Numbered from the stretch's first letter, positions 26,818-39,461 are shown. The stretch: DNA of 64,000 nt from Octopus sinensis (GCF_006345805.1 NC_043014.1:45756001-45820000); one strand, 5' to 3'. The notes: a model not told the origin generated them from the letters alone. Translations and numbers: made by a program.

Positions 26818-27036
26818 CCCTTTTGTTACCAACCCGGCTGAAACTGGCTCTGGCTCTGTAGTACAAATGTCTTATTTTCAAAAGTTTTGAATTAAAATCT
26901 TCCACCAAACCTTAGTCACGATTTATGTTCCTAACACTAGCTGAATGATAACTAAGTTATTTTACTAAATTCTTTGTTATATTTAATGTAATTGAAAGAA
27001 ACACAGCATCTCAAAAGAAATACAGTAACAAAAGGG
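26818..27036 (-). mobile_element. piggyBac-like MITE family 2
   Basis: TIR CCCTTTTGTTAC / GTAACAAAAGGG, TTAA on the right; reverse complement of 30100-30321. Confidence 0.8.
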
Positions 27037-27330
27037 TTAATGCTTCTAACCTTACAGCAGTTAGGAACAGCCATATCTTGGTCATTCAGTGGAAGGACTT
27101 CACTACCTCATATGTTCTTAAAATTTAAATCCACACCTTTGTCTGTATATCTACCTTCCCTATAATGTTGCCACTTGATTTGAAAATTTTTGTATTAATG
27201 GAAAAACATCTATAATTGGCTGATGAGTACTCAGCATCTTAAATCTGTTGTAATACTTATAACATTTAATAAAATGATGTAGTGCGAAACGATCGTACCA
27301 AATTACTGGAGTCATTCTTGTTGCTTATTA

Positions 27331-27363
<33 letters not shown>

Positions 27364-27858
27364 GTACTGTGGTCATAGATACAGTAATGTGATTGTGATA
27401 ATAACAGCAAAATCTTTTGCCTTGCAGATCCACAGGTCCCAGCGGTGCATACTGTCTATTGAGTGATTCTGCCAAGGGCCAGGCAGCTCTCTCCGTTCTG
27501 CCATCTCCATTTGACATAATAGCCCCAACATCAAAAGTTGTTAACTATGTCAGTCTTGTAGTAACTACAGAAGTGACATGAGGTATCTGTTTTCTTTACA
27601 TTAAACAACATGTTTCATCACAACCTGACAACGATTCATTTTTCCACCTGCCCCGACCAATCTCCGATAATTACAATCCTTCCAACACACACCTCTGGAT
27701 ATGCTGGTTGCTTGAGACAGAGACAGAAGACACCTCTCACTTTACAGGCAGATATAAATAATAGAAAATGAAATTCCTGTTTGTTTGGTTTTTATGCCTT
27801 ATCAGATTGGTGTTGTCAAGAGTTTTTTTCTTAAAAAAATTTGTCTATTTATTAATTA

Positions 27859-28255
27859 CTAGCAATATCGCCCGGCATTGCTCAGGTTTGTTTTGACCCT
27901 TTAGAATTGGAATTTTTGAAAAGTAAAAATTTTGCATTATATAGCTTGTTATTCTCTTTAAGTGAACATTTTTCTGGTCGAAATACACCGAAAAATGGCA
28001 ACACACCAGTCAAAAAATCGTAAAAAAATAGGGATTTTCATAGAAAAAAAAGCACTTTTTTGATGTAAATAATTTTTGGTGTTAACATGGTCCGATTTGA
28101 ATTTTTTCTTCTACGGAATGAAGAGCAAGCCTTCTATCATACTCTCAATTTTGGTCAACTTGCGCCTCAGGGTTTCGGAGGAAATAGTGTTAGTTGAAGG
28201 CTACCAAACCTGCCATACACAGACAACTTCAGCTTTATATATATATATGTAGAGA
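27859..28255 (-). mobile_element. Non-autonomous Helitron (3' end related to 5341-5701, different interior)
   Basis: Minus strand A|TCTCTACATATATATATATAAAGC ... CCTGAGCAATGCCGGGCGATATTGCTAG|T. Confidence 0.8.
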
Positions 28256-28866
28256 TTTAGTTTTATTGTTCATAGAGCAACACAGAAACAAAACACTAGC
28301 CTAAAGCGAATTCAAATATGCAATTGCCAGAAATGTGACAACAGCAAAAAGAAATTCAGTAGTATTAGTTATAGTGGTGTTAGCTGTAAATAGTATCAGT
28401 TGAATTAGTAGCAAAATACTTCAATTCACATTGCCCTCCATTCCACTCAGTTGTAATTAGTAACCCTGTCACAAGCTGACAACACACGCTGTTCAGGTGG
28501 ACTGTTGCGATATCGGTTATTTATACATAATGGAAACCCGTGAGCCTTAGGTTTCGAGACTACTGTCTTTACTGCTGCTGTTACTACTACTTCATACATA
28601 AGATTAGGAAAACCTATAGTTTTTAGTCATTGAGTTGGCAGAATAATTAGTATGCCAGACAAAATGCTGCTAAGCAATTGTGTCCATCTCGACATTCATA
28701 GTTGACTTTGCCTTTTTTTCTCTTTGGGATCAATAAAATAAGGACTAGTTGAGCACTGGGGTTAATGTAATCAATTAATCTGCTTCCCCACCAAAATTTC
28801 AGGCCTTCTGCCAATAGTAGAAATATTAGGAGAGAGAGAGAGAGGGGGAGAGAAAGAGAGAGAGAG

Positions 28867-28913
<47 letters not shown>

Positions 28914-29176
28914 CATCATCATTTGATGTTCATTCTCCATGCTGGCATAGATTGGATGTTTTGACAGAAGATGGTAAGCCAAAAGACTGCACCAGGTGCC
29001 ATGACATGGTTTCTATGTCTGCACACCTTTCCATTTTACAGATTGTACTTGGTGCTATTATGTGGCACCAGTACCTGTGGGGCTTTTTCCAAGCCCACCC
29101 AGCCATCCATAAAATTAAGATTCAATTGAATTAGGTACTTATGTTGAGGCACCAAGTCACTCCGGTTTTATCTGCA

Positions 29177-29297
29177 CAAACTCTGCCAGATCAGATTGGA
29201 GTCTGGTGCAGCCATCTGGTTCGCCAGTCCTCAGTCAAATCGTCTAATCCATGCTAGCATGGAAAGCGGACGTTAAACGATGATGATGATGATGATG
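29177..29297 (+). mobile_element. SINE family C, 3' part
   Basis: AAACTCTGCCAGATCAGATTGGAG...GGACGTTAAACGATGATG. Confidence 0.85.
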
Positions 29298-29318
29298 AGC
29301 TTGAAGTTAGGTGAATAA

Positions 29319-29478
29319 AAAGCAAATAAGTAACAAAGATGTCCTGTCCAGGTATCAGGCATCAATAACAGGATGTCCGGGTCTCCAGTATCAATTCATC
29401 AAATCAGTCGATAAAATGGAGCCGCTTGAAATCGCTTAATGCACTGATACCTGGATATCCCTGTTACTTATTTGCTTT
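29319..29478. repeat. Imperfect inverted repeat (~45-bp arms) abutting (TA)n
   Basis: AAAGCAAATAAGTAACA..TCCAGGTATCAG / CTGATACCTGGA..TGTTACTTATTTGCTTT. Confidence 0.8.
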
Positions 29479-29496
29479 ATATATATATATATTTAT

Positions 29497-29704
29497 GAGT
29501 GGCTGTGTGGTAAGTAGCTTGCTTACCAACCACATGGTTCCAGGTTCAGTCCCACTGCACGGCACCTTGGGGAAGTGTCTTCTACTATAGCCCCGGGCCA
29601 ACCAAAGCATTGTGAGTGGATTTGGTAGATGGAAACTGAAAGAAGCTCATCGTGCGTGTATGTATGTATGTATGTATGTATGTATGTATGTATGTATATA
29701 TATA

Positions 29705-29757
<53 letters not shown>

Positions 29758-29913
29758 TACATACATGTGTGTGTGTGTGTATTTACGACCCCATAACTTA
29801 GTGGTTCGGCAAAAGAAACCGATAGAATAAGTACTAGGCTTACAAAGAATAATCTTGACTAAAGGCGCTGCTCCAGCATAACCACAGTCAAATTACTGAA
29901 ACAAGCAAAAAGA
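29497..29913 (+). mobile_element. SINE family A
   Basis: Head, expanded internal microsatellite, tail. Confidence 0.85.
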
Positions 29914-29996
29914 GATATATATATATGAAAATAAAAGCTACCTGCCAACATAATGCGGCTGTCCTGTAAGGGATGATGCTACTGTTGTTTTAGCCT

Positions 29997-30075
<79 letters not shown>

Positions 30076-30099
30076 CGGTGGTTGAAGACTTATATTTAA

Positions 30100-30321
30100 C
30101 CCTTTTTGTTACTGTATTTATTTTGAGATGCTCTGTGTTTCTTTCAATTACTTTAAATATAACAAAAAATTTAGTAAAAATAACTTAGTTATCATTCAGC
30201 TAGTGTTAGGAACATAAATTGTGCCTAAGGTTTGGTGGAAGATTGTAATTCCAAACTTATAAAAACAAGACATTTGTACTCAGAGACAGAACTGGTTTCA
30301 GTCGAGTTGGTAAGGAAAGGG
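30100..30321 (+). mobile_element. piggyBac-like MITE family 2
   Basis: TTAA|CCCTTTTTGTTAC ... GGAAAGGG|TTAA. Confidence 0.85.
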
Positions 30322-30929
30322 TTAAATTTATTCTGCAACACATACACAGTTTCTTTGAAATGATTTAGGTAGATAGTTTTCACTAAAAAACCAGTTTCAC
30401 CAAATGCTAAGTAACTGGTTCTTTTTTATAAATTTTTTTTATGGCTTTCCTTTTAATGCCCAAGAACATGACATTTATGAGACATTTTCTCAGCCTTCTA
30501 TAATAGCATGATACTGAAAGTACAACAGCCAGAGGGAAAGAGAGAAGAATTTTATTACAAGTGTGTGTTTTTCTTTCTTTTTTTTTTTAATGGTCAATAA
30601 AATATATTTTCCTCTTTGTTTAACAATTAAAGTTTTCAACAAGACAGAGAAAATATTTTATGATACCTGACAGGTATTTTTTATTATCTTCATATAACTA
30701 CTCTATCATCATCATCATAAATGTTATCATTGTCACAAAATAAAATAATTAATGTGATTATTATAAAATAATAATAATTATTAATCATTAGCGTTGGCTA
30801 TCTTCTATAATACTATTCTGCCTGTCTTGTTTTGGAGCGTTAGACTTTCAACAAGCTTTAAAACTATACAACCACCATAATCAAAATGTCTTACTAGTCA
30901 TTTTATTATTATTATTATTATTACTACTA

Positions 30930-31305
30930 CAGTGAGTTAACAGAATTGTTAGCACACCTGAAAAATTGCTTAGCAACATATCTTCCAGTTTTATGTTCAT
31001 GGTTCAAATTCTGGCATGGTCAACTTTGCCTTTTGTCCTTTAGGGGTCTGATAGAATAAGTACCAGTTGAGCACTGGGGTCGATGTAACTGTCTTACCCA
31101 TTCCCTTAAAATTGCTGGTCTTGTGCCAAAATTTGAAATCCTTGTTCAAATTCTGCTGAGGTCGACTTCGCCTTTCATCCTCTTGGAGTCTGATAAATTA
31201 AGGATCAGCAGAGTCAATAAAGTAAGTACCAGTTAAATGCTGGGGGTCGATGTAATTGTCTAGTCCCCTCCTCACAGATTTCAGGCCTTGTGCCTTTAGT
31301 AGAAA
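30930..31305 (+). mobile_element. Old SINE family B-related copies, partly tandem
   Basis: GTTCAAATTCTG...GTC(A/G)ACTT(T/C)GCCTTT...GGGGTCGATGTAA occurs twice. Confidence 0.65.
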
Positions 31306-31379
31306 TTATTATTATTATTTACGGAGATGTACTTGCATAGCGAGTGACTTGATCTGAGATCGTGTTCTGGAACGAAAAC

Positions 31380-31611
31380 AATTGCAGCGTGGAAGGTGTT
31401 TATAAGCCATTTAAGAAACACACAAAAACCGTTAGATTCACTTCAACATTTAAATTTAATTTGTCAAAAGATTTTCGTCGCTTTGAGACTGCGACATCGT
31501 GGTCTCAAAGCGACGAGAATATTTTGGCAAATTAAATTTAAATGCTGAAGTGAATCTAACGGATTTTGTGTGTTTCTTAAATGGCTTATAAACACCTTCC
31601 ACGCTGCAATT
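31380..31611. repeat. Near-perfect 232-bp palindrome (~115-bp arms, minimal loop)
   Basis: AATTGCAGCGTGGAAGGTGTTTATAAGCC...GAGACTGCGA|CA|TCGTGGTCTC...GGCTTATAAACACCTTCCACGCTGCAATT. Confidence 0.95.
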
Positions 31612-31911
31612 ATTATTATTATTATCAAAATAAAAGGGAGTGATGTAGTTCACAAAAAAAAAGACCTTACTGAGTCCAAAAGTTTTTGTTAAGCCCTCAT
31701 GATATCAATCCATCTTAGACTGTTCCTGGTTCGATGATGCAAACCATATTCTAATGTGATTTTTAAAAAGCCTTCCTTCAAAATTTCACGTGTTTCAAAC
31801 ACCAGATTAATAATGATTTCCAAATTTGGAACAGGACCAGCAATTTTAAGGGAGGGAATTAATCGATTACATTGGCCCCCAGTGTTCAACTGGTACTTAT
31901 TATAATCAGTG

Positions 31912-32422
31912 CCACTGGACTGGCTCCTGTGCTGGTGGCATGTAAAAAACTCCATTTGAGCGTGGCCGTTGCCAGTACCTGTTTCTTTATCACCCACAAG
32001 GGGCTAAACATAGAGGGGACAAACAAGGACAGACAAACGGATTAAGTCGATTACATCGACCCCAGTGCATAACTGGTACTTATTTAATCAACCCTAAAAG
32101 GATGAAAGGCAAAGTCAACCTCGGCGGAATTTGAACTCAGAACGTAGCGGCAGACGAAATACCTCTAAGCATTTCGACTAACGTGCTAACGATTCTGCCA
32201 GCTCGCCGTTGCCAGTACCGCCTGACTGGCAATCATGCTGGTGGCGCGTAAAAGCACTCACTACACTCTCGGAGTGGTTGGCGTTAGGAAGGGCATCCCG
32301 CTGTAGAAACTCTGCCAGATCAAGAGTGGAGCCTGGTGCAGCCATCTGGTTCACGAGTCCTCAGTCAAATCGTCAAACCCATGCTAGCATGGAAAGCGGA
32401 CGTTAAACGATGACGATGATGA
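31912..32422 (+). mobile_element. SINE family C (two modules) interrupted by SINE B
   Basis: CTGTGCTGGTGGCATGTAAAAAACTCC..., resuming at ~32205 and ending GGACGTTAAACGATGACGATGAT. Confidence 0.85.
31980..32207 (-). mobile_element. SINE family B nested in family C, ~15-bp TSD
   Basis: GCCGTTGCCAGTACC at 31965-31979 and 32205-32219. Confidence 0.9.
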
Positions 32423-32687
32423 ATCCTGAAAGGATGTGAGGCTTCTTTCGGTTTCTGTTTACCAAATTCACTCATGAGATATTAGTCGACCTGGCGCTAT
32501 AGTAGACAACACTTGCTGAAAGCACCATACAGTGGGCTGAACCTAACACTACACAGTGATTAAGCAGTCAACTTCTTAGCCATGCACATTGCTAGTGAGT
32601 TATTTTCCCTCTGCCCTATCATTGCTAGACCTATAATCTTGAGATGGTAACTTATTTTGAATAAGAAGACATGACAGTAGCTCACAT

Positions 32688-33515
32688 AGGCGCAGACGTG
32701 GCTCTGTGGTAAGAAGCTTGCTTCCTCACCACATAGTTCCGGGTTCAGTACCATTGTGTGGCACCTTAAGCAAGCGCCTTCTACTATAACCTCAGGCCGA
32801 CCTGTGAGTGGATTTGGTAGACGGAAACTGAAAGCAGTTCGTCGTATAAATATGTGTGTGTGCGCGCGCTAGGATCTGTTTGTCCCCTCCTCCATCACCG
32901 CTTGACAACCAGTGTTGGTGTGTTTACGTCTCTGTAACATAGCAGTTGGGCAAAATACACTGATAGAATAAGTACTGGATCTTTTCGGTTTGAACGGCAG
33001 TTTTTAACGTAATTTCTAGGTAACTAAAAAATTTTAAACTTCGTATACTGGTAGAATGTGTTTATAAAACATCTTTTTCTCTTGGCTTTATTGAGAAAAT
33101 TCTATAGTTTGTAAGATATTTGTTGTTGTTTTTCTTTAATTTCTGCAATTTCAACCAATCACTGACGTCTATTGAGATAAAAAAACATTCTGTGCCGTAT
33201 GAATATGTCCCTCGTTTAAGAAACAGATTGGGTTTATTTACATTTGTGAAGAAAAAAAAGGTACCCTTCTCCACCCCAACCCTAACTAACTCTAACCCTA
33301 AAACAGATTGAAATGCAATAGATCGATACTAGGGTCATAATTATGGGTAACAATTTCATATGACACCGCTAGAAAAAAAACTGCCGTTCAAACCGAAAAG
33401 ATCCTAAGTACTAGGCTTTAAAAATAAGTCGTGGGGTCGATTTGTCCCACTAAAACTCTTCAAGGTGGTGCTCCAGTACGGCCGCAGTCAAATGACTGAA
33501 ACAAGTAAAAGTATA
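32688..33515 (+). mobile_element. SINE family A interrupted by a MITE
   Basis: Head GGCGCAGACGTGGCTCTGTGG; sequence resumes TAAGTACTAGGCTT after 33404. Confidence 0.85.
32977..33404. mobile_element. MITE with 28-bp TIRs, GG termini and 8-bp TSD (Merlin/IS1016-like)
   Basis: GGATCTTTTCGGTTTGAACGGCAGTTTT / AAAACTGCCGTTCAAACCGAAAAGATCC; TSD TAAGTACT at 32969-32976 and 33405-33412. Confidence 0.9.
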
Positions 33516-34091
33516 AAAAAAGAATAAGCAAAGTAGCCAGCCATAGTATTATTACAGCAGAGAACAATGGTTCATATATCTGCTATGTCGGTTGTCATTA
33601 TCGCCGCCACCACCATCTGATTAATGTAGACACGGCAACACAGCATATATAACTACAGGTATACATACATATACGTGTGCCTTTGGTACTAGTTGTATGT
33701 GTGTCAATGACACACTTGTCTTACTGGCATTTCACACACACACACACACACACACACACCTGTAGTCAGGTGGTGTTTGTTTACTGCAAATGCTAGCGTA
33801 TCTATTAGCATTACTATTCACTAACAAAGAAAATTCCCAACATTACTATGACCCAGCGAGGCAGCCTAATACGTAACCACTCCGCCTTGCTAGCAATAGC
33901 AGTCAAATCTCTCTCGAACCACCATACACCTACTATATAAAAGTAACGTAGTCTTACATATTCCTAAAAAACCAACAAAAAAAGACAGTATCACAGCTAG
34001 ACTGCCATCAATCATAGCTCTGTTCCATGACAGTTGACCAAAAACTATATATATATATATATAATATATATATTATATATATAATATATAT

Positions 34092-34305
34092 ATTTCTTTA
34101 CTACCCACAAGGGGCTAAACACAGAGGGGACAAACAAGGACAGACAAACGGATTAAGTCGAGTACCCCAGTGCGTAACTGGTACTTAATTTATCGACCCC
34201 GAAAGGATGAAAGACAAAGTCGACCTCGGCGGAATTTGAACTCAGAACATAACGGCAGACGAAATACGGCTACGCATTTCGCCAGGCGTGCTAACGTTTC
34301 TGCCA
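34092..34305 (-). mobile_element. SINE family B
   Basis: Reverse complement of the family B consensus. Confidence 0.9.
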
Positions 34306-35010
34306 AAGGGTAAAATTAATTAATTAATTAAGTAATCAATAATTTCACCAAGTAGAATTCGGCATGAAAGAGGACCATTTCACGGTAAATTAAAGTGATA
34401 CTTTATAATAGGGTTCAAATCTTTGCTGAACCCTAAGTATATATATATATATATATATATCGAAATATTTTTGTTTAACCCCCAGATTGGTGTATAAAGA
34501 TATCTCCATCAAAACCAACCAGTTTTTTGTGGGGTGTATCTACATTATTCTGTGACCCCCTTTTTTTTTTTTTTTTTTTACACTGAAACGTTTATACGCA
34601 ATTTAAGGGCGCTTTCACTGTTATCCTTAGCAAGTGGGGCAACATCATAAGAGGCGCCTCTGCTTGATCGTTATCGTTTGTACGTATTACATTGCGCACG
34701 AATACATTTGAATATACCTGTTTTTATGTTTTTAATGTGTCAGTGATACAAATGCCTGATTGACTGACATTACACACATACACACACACTACGCACCTAT
34801 ATACTGTCGTCAGGTGATGTTTGGTTACTGTGCGTATATTTTATTTATTTACTATTCTACAACAACAAAACAAAAATAGGCGACCTTTCGACAAAATACT
34901 TCCATTACCTGCCATATACCTATATGGTTGTGTCACTTGTTATCTCCCTCCTGAGTAATAAAGGACACACATCAACATTAAAGGAAAAACAAGCAATAAA
35001 GTAAAAATAA

Positions 35011-35588
35011 GGATCTTTTCCTTTTGAACGGCAGATGTCAACACAATTTCCAGTTAACTAAACACTTTTAAACTTCGTATACTGGTAGAATGTGTTTATA
35101 AAACATCATTTTCTCTTGGTTTTATTGAGAAAATTCTATCGTTTGTAAGATATTTCGTCTGAAAATCCGAGCATTTCGGCAATTTTAACCAATCGATTAC
35201 CTCCATTCAACTAAAATCATTTGCTGCCTCTAAAACTGAGACAACATCCTGTAACTAACCCTAAACCTCCCCCTAACCCTAACCCTAAATTTTTTTCCTT
35301 AATTGTTAAATTAATTTAATTGTTACGCGTGTAAAAAAAACTAACAATTAATAAAAAAAATTAGGGTTAGTTACAGGATGTTGTCTCAGTTTTAGACGCA
35401 GCAAATGATTTTAGCTCAAAAGGATTGGTTAAAATTCGAAAAATTAAACTACGTTAAACAAACAAATTACAATTTTCTCAAGAAAGCCAAGAGAAAAAAT
35501 GTTTTATTTTGACACATTCTACCAGTATACGAAGTTTTAAAGTGTTTAGTTAACTAGAAATTGTCTGCCGTTCAAAAAGAAAAGATCT
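35011..35588. mobile_element. Fold-back MITE related to 32977-33404, with internal (CCCTAA)n
   Basis: GGATCTTTTCCTTTTGAACGGCAGA / TCTGCCGTTCAAAAAGAAAAGATCT; TSD AAAAATAA; arms are inverted along most of the element; (CCCTAA)3 at 35271-35288. Confidence 0.88.
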
Positions 35589-35945
35589 AAAAATAATATA
35601 TAGATCAATAAAAAGGAACCTCTGTGTCAGTCATGGACAAACCGCAGCCCACAGGACTTTCTCAATGGCACGCCTAACGTAGAATTACCTTGAATTATTT
35701 TAGTAGCGCGATCTGCCTGAAGCCGTGTCTCATGAGGCCTGCTTCTCGAAAAAGGTTGCCCAAACCTTACTCTATGTCGTCGTTCCTTCTACTAGAAATA
35801 GCAGGGTGCAAGAGGAGAGATCTTACTTCACGGAGAGAAGCAGTTGCTTTCCTTCGTGGTTGACTAGGATACTTTTGGTTCTGGCTCCTGCATCTAGTTC
35901 ACTTATGGTTCTAAACAGTTGCAGTGTGCGGTATAGGCCACATCC

Positions 35946-36178
35946 AAGGCGGCGAGCTGGCAGAAACGTTAGCGCGCTGGGCGAAGTGCTTAACGGTATT
36001 TCCTCTGCTGTTACGTTCTGAGTTCAAATTCCGCCGAGGTCGACTTTGCCTTTCATCCTTTCGGAGTCGGTAAATTAAGTACCAGTTACGCACTGGGGTC
36101 GATATAATCGACTTAATCCGTGTGTCTGTCCTTGTTCGTCCCCTCTGTGTTTAGCCCCTTGTGGGTAGTAAAGAAATA
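35946..36178 (+). mobile_element. SINE family B, full length with TSD
   Basis: GGTATAGGCCACATCC at 35930-35945 and 36179-36194. Confidence 0.92.
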
Positions 36179-36969
36179 GGTATAGGCCACATCCTGGGAC
36201 GTGGTTTTGATTGACCTACTGAACTACTTGAACGAACCCAAGAATGGGAATGTCTCTTGGTACAAGGACCCAAGAAGATAGGGTCTGTTACCCTTTTTTT
36301 TAAGGACACCTGTAACACTCCTATTGTCTGAAGAAAAGGACAGATACATTGGGTTAATGCCCAGAAAATACTAAGCATTCATTCGACATTTTAGAAATAG
36401 CAGTTGAATCTCCCTCATATTACACTCCTATCTTCTTAAAATGTGAAGGATACATTGAGTAAAATTATCCTAGATACACAATGCTTGCCAGGGAAAACAA
36501 AAAACAAAAACAGGTCTTTCCCATTTGATGCAATAAAAAAGGCACATCTGTGCAGAAAATTTCAATAAAATCGATCTTCGTGCGTCAAACATCAAAACGC
36601 CCAGTAAAAACAAAGATTGCCACGACTTGACTACCGGATTGTTCAACAACCAAATTTGATCCGGGGAACATAAAACAAGCAACAAAACACAGCTGAAGCG
36701 GGAGATAAGTAAGGCATTGTCCTCACAGTAATGATATCTTCTAACACCTGGCACCATATATCGATTTCTCATTATACAGGAGGTGGGATATTGTTATTTA
36801 GTAAAGTGGGATACAACAAACGTAAACGTAGTGAGACAATACATTTTTGTTAATTGAAATTGTGCTTGATTTTTGACAAAATAGTGACAGACAACTCCAT
36901 ACATGTTTCTGCCTTATTGAATATCATCAGAAAAATCACAGAGTCTGTGATAGACTGATTACAGATAGA

Positions 36970-37302
36970 TCTTTCTTTTACCTGTTTCAGCCATTAGACT
37001 GTGGCCATGCTGGGGCACCGCATTGATTTTTTTTTTTTTTTTTAGTCGAACGAATCGATCTCAGTATTTTTTTTTTTTTTTTAAGTTTTAAAGTCTGGTA
37101 TTTATTCTATCGATCTCTTTGCCGAAACGCTAGATTACTGGTGTGTGTTTACGCCCCTGTAACTTAGCGGTTCGGCAAAGAGACCGATAAAGTACTAGAC
37201 TTCAAAAAATAAATAATTTCTAGGGTCCATTCGTTCGACCAAATACCGTTCAAGACCATGCCCCAGCATGGCCGCAGTCAAATGACTGAAACAAGTAAAA
37301 GA
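36970..37302. mobile_element. Two SINE A 3' halves joined in inverted orientation
   Basis: Minus-strand tail 36970-37138 abuts plus-strand GGTGTGTTTACGCCCC...GAAACAAGTAAAAG. Confidence 0.75.
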
Positions 37303-37659
37303 TATATAGACATAAAATGAGATGGTCATGTAAAGATTGCCTTTGATCACAGATCAACTCAGCAGAACAACTAAACCGTGTAAATACCCACCAGAGAGGG
37401 ACCATCATGCGGTCGCTTGATTTGCTAGAAATAAAAACCAAATCACTCTTAAAACACACCTTACTCTCCTAAAAAGAGCATATCGTTTGAGGGACGAATG
37501 AATAGTGAAATAAAAACGAGATGGTCACAGCTGGAATGCCTGTGATTATAAGTTTTTCAATGATGGTTGACCTAGGGTTAAACAACGAACTGTCTAAAAT
37601 TGCTAGGTTTGGGTTTAGATTTCTTGTTAACACAAAACATTACTTGTTAGCGACCCGTA

Positions 37660-37961
37660 TGTGTATATTTGGGTATGTACATGCATGTATGTGTATAATC
37701 GTGAGTGAGAATGAATGTATGTATGTATGCCTTTATGGTATGTTTGTGTGTACAGACACACAGCCGTGTATGTGTAGATACATACATATGTTTATCTGTG
37801 TATGTGAGAGAGAGAGAGACTGTCTTTATACACACTGTAGGCATACACACACACTCAATGTTAGGAGCACATTAGGTGTGTGTATGTGCGTATATATATA
37901 TATATATATACGCGCATATATATACATACACACACACAAATATATATACACACATACATAT

Positions 37962-38006
<45 letters not shown>

Positions 38007-38285
38007 TACATACATATATATATATATACGCACACACAAACACATAAGTATATACATACATACACACGTTTGCGTGTACATACATAGATATGTATATCTT
38101 ACTGTGTATGTTACGTGTTTGGGAGAGAGAAACTACAAAAATGCCTGTGTATGCTTCTACACTATGTGTGAATGTGTGTATACACGCACACACACATACA
38201 TACATACATACATACGTACATACACACACACACACACATACATACATACGTACGTACATGCATGCATACACCCGTACACTCACAA
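37660..38285. repeat. Compound TG/TA/CA microsatellite field
   Basis: Direct reading. Confidence 0.9.
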
Positions 38286-39426
38286 GCCAATGTTATGCAA
38301 AGATGAGACTCAACTTGTTTGTGGTGTGATTTATCTAAGTATACTGTATATATTGTCCCTTCTCTGTTTGTGTTTCAATTTTTATTTTTTCCTTTACCCT
38401 CTCCCCCCACCAACCCCACCACACAAGTATCTGGAAGAGGAAGAAGAAGAAGAAGGGGAGAAGGTGCTACCCCGCCGAAACTAGCCTTTTGTAGTGCGCA
38501 ACATGGAAAATGTAACTCATATTAGCTTGTGTTTTTAGCCCTAAGCCCGGGGAAAAATATAAGATAAAATAAAATAAAATAAATAAATAAATACACTACT
38601 AAAAAAATAATAAAAGTCGTAATAAACAACATATACACGCGCGCTATAAACACTTTAAAACTAACAAATATATATATATAAACACACACACACACACAGA
38701 GAAGGGATTTAAAACCATACAAAAGGCTAACAAGTCAAATTCAAAAGTACTGGTAGTTCAGTTGTTTTTCCATCTAGAGATTCTTAAGATTTGATTTGTT
38801 TTTCTCTTCAATTTTTTCCCCTTTTTCCCTTTATTTTTGTTCCTGTTTGCTTTACAAACTATAGACTCGTTCAAAGCAAATGAGACTCATTTCTTATTTG
38901 TTTTGAACGTTGACAGTGTTTTTTGTAATTCTTTCCTTTTTAAATATTTTTACATGCCTGTCCGTTCTTTCTCCCTACGACTTTTAAAAATCCTTATAAT
39001 AAAAAAATTTAAATATTTCCTGCATATTTTAGAAGGGAAAAAAACGATAAAAGAAGAAGAAACTAATCAGAAATTAAGACTGAGAAATTCTTTATCACAC
39101 ACACACCATCGTCGTCTTCTTAACGTTCGTTTTTCCATGCTCGTATGGGGAGGACGGAATTTGTTGAAACGGATTTTCTTTGGCTGGATGTCCTTCCTGT
39201 CGCCAACCCTAACCTATTTTCAAATAAGGTAATGCATCCTCTTGAACTGACATATTTCCCCCCAAAAGTTTGGAAATTAAGAACACGGCTTGCATCACAG
39301 TGACACAACTACCATGTGATGTCAAGGCAAGGAAACAGTAACACACACAAACACGACAGGCTTCTTTCCGTTTCCGCCAACCAAATCCACTCACAAGGCA
39401 ATGGCCAGCCCAGGTCTGTAACAGAA

Positions 39427-39458
<32 letters not shown>

Positions 39459-39461
<3 letters not shown>

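Noticed and set aside
27218-27237. CTGATGAG as a hammerhead core
   Set aside because: No GAAA after a stem II and no stem I/III; only a short local palindrome
35255-35370. True telomere or chromosome fusion site
   Set aside because: Only a few CCCTAA units, internal to a TSD-flanked MITE
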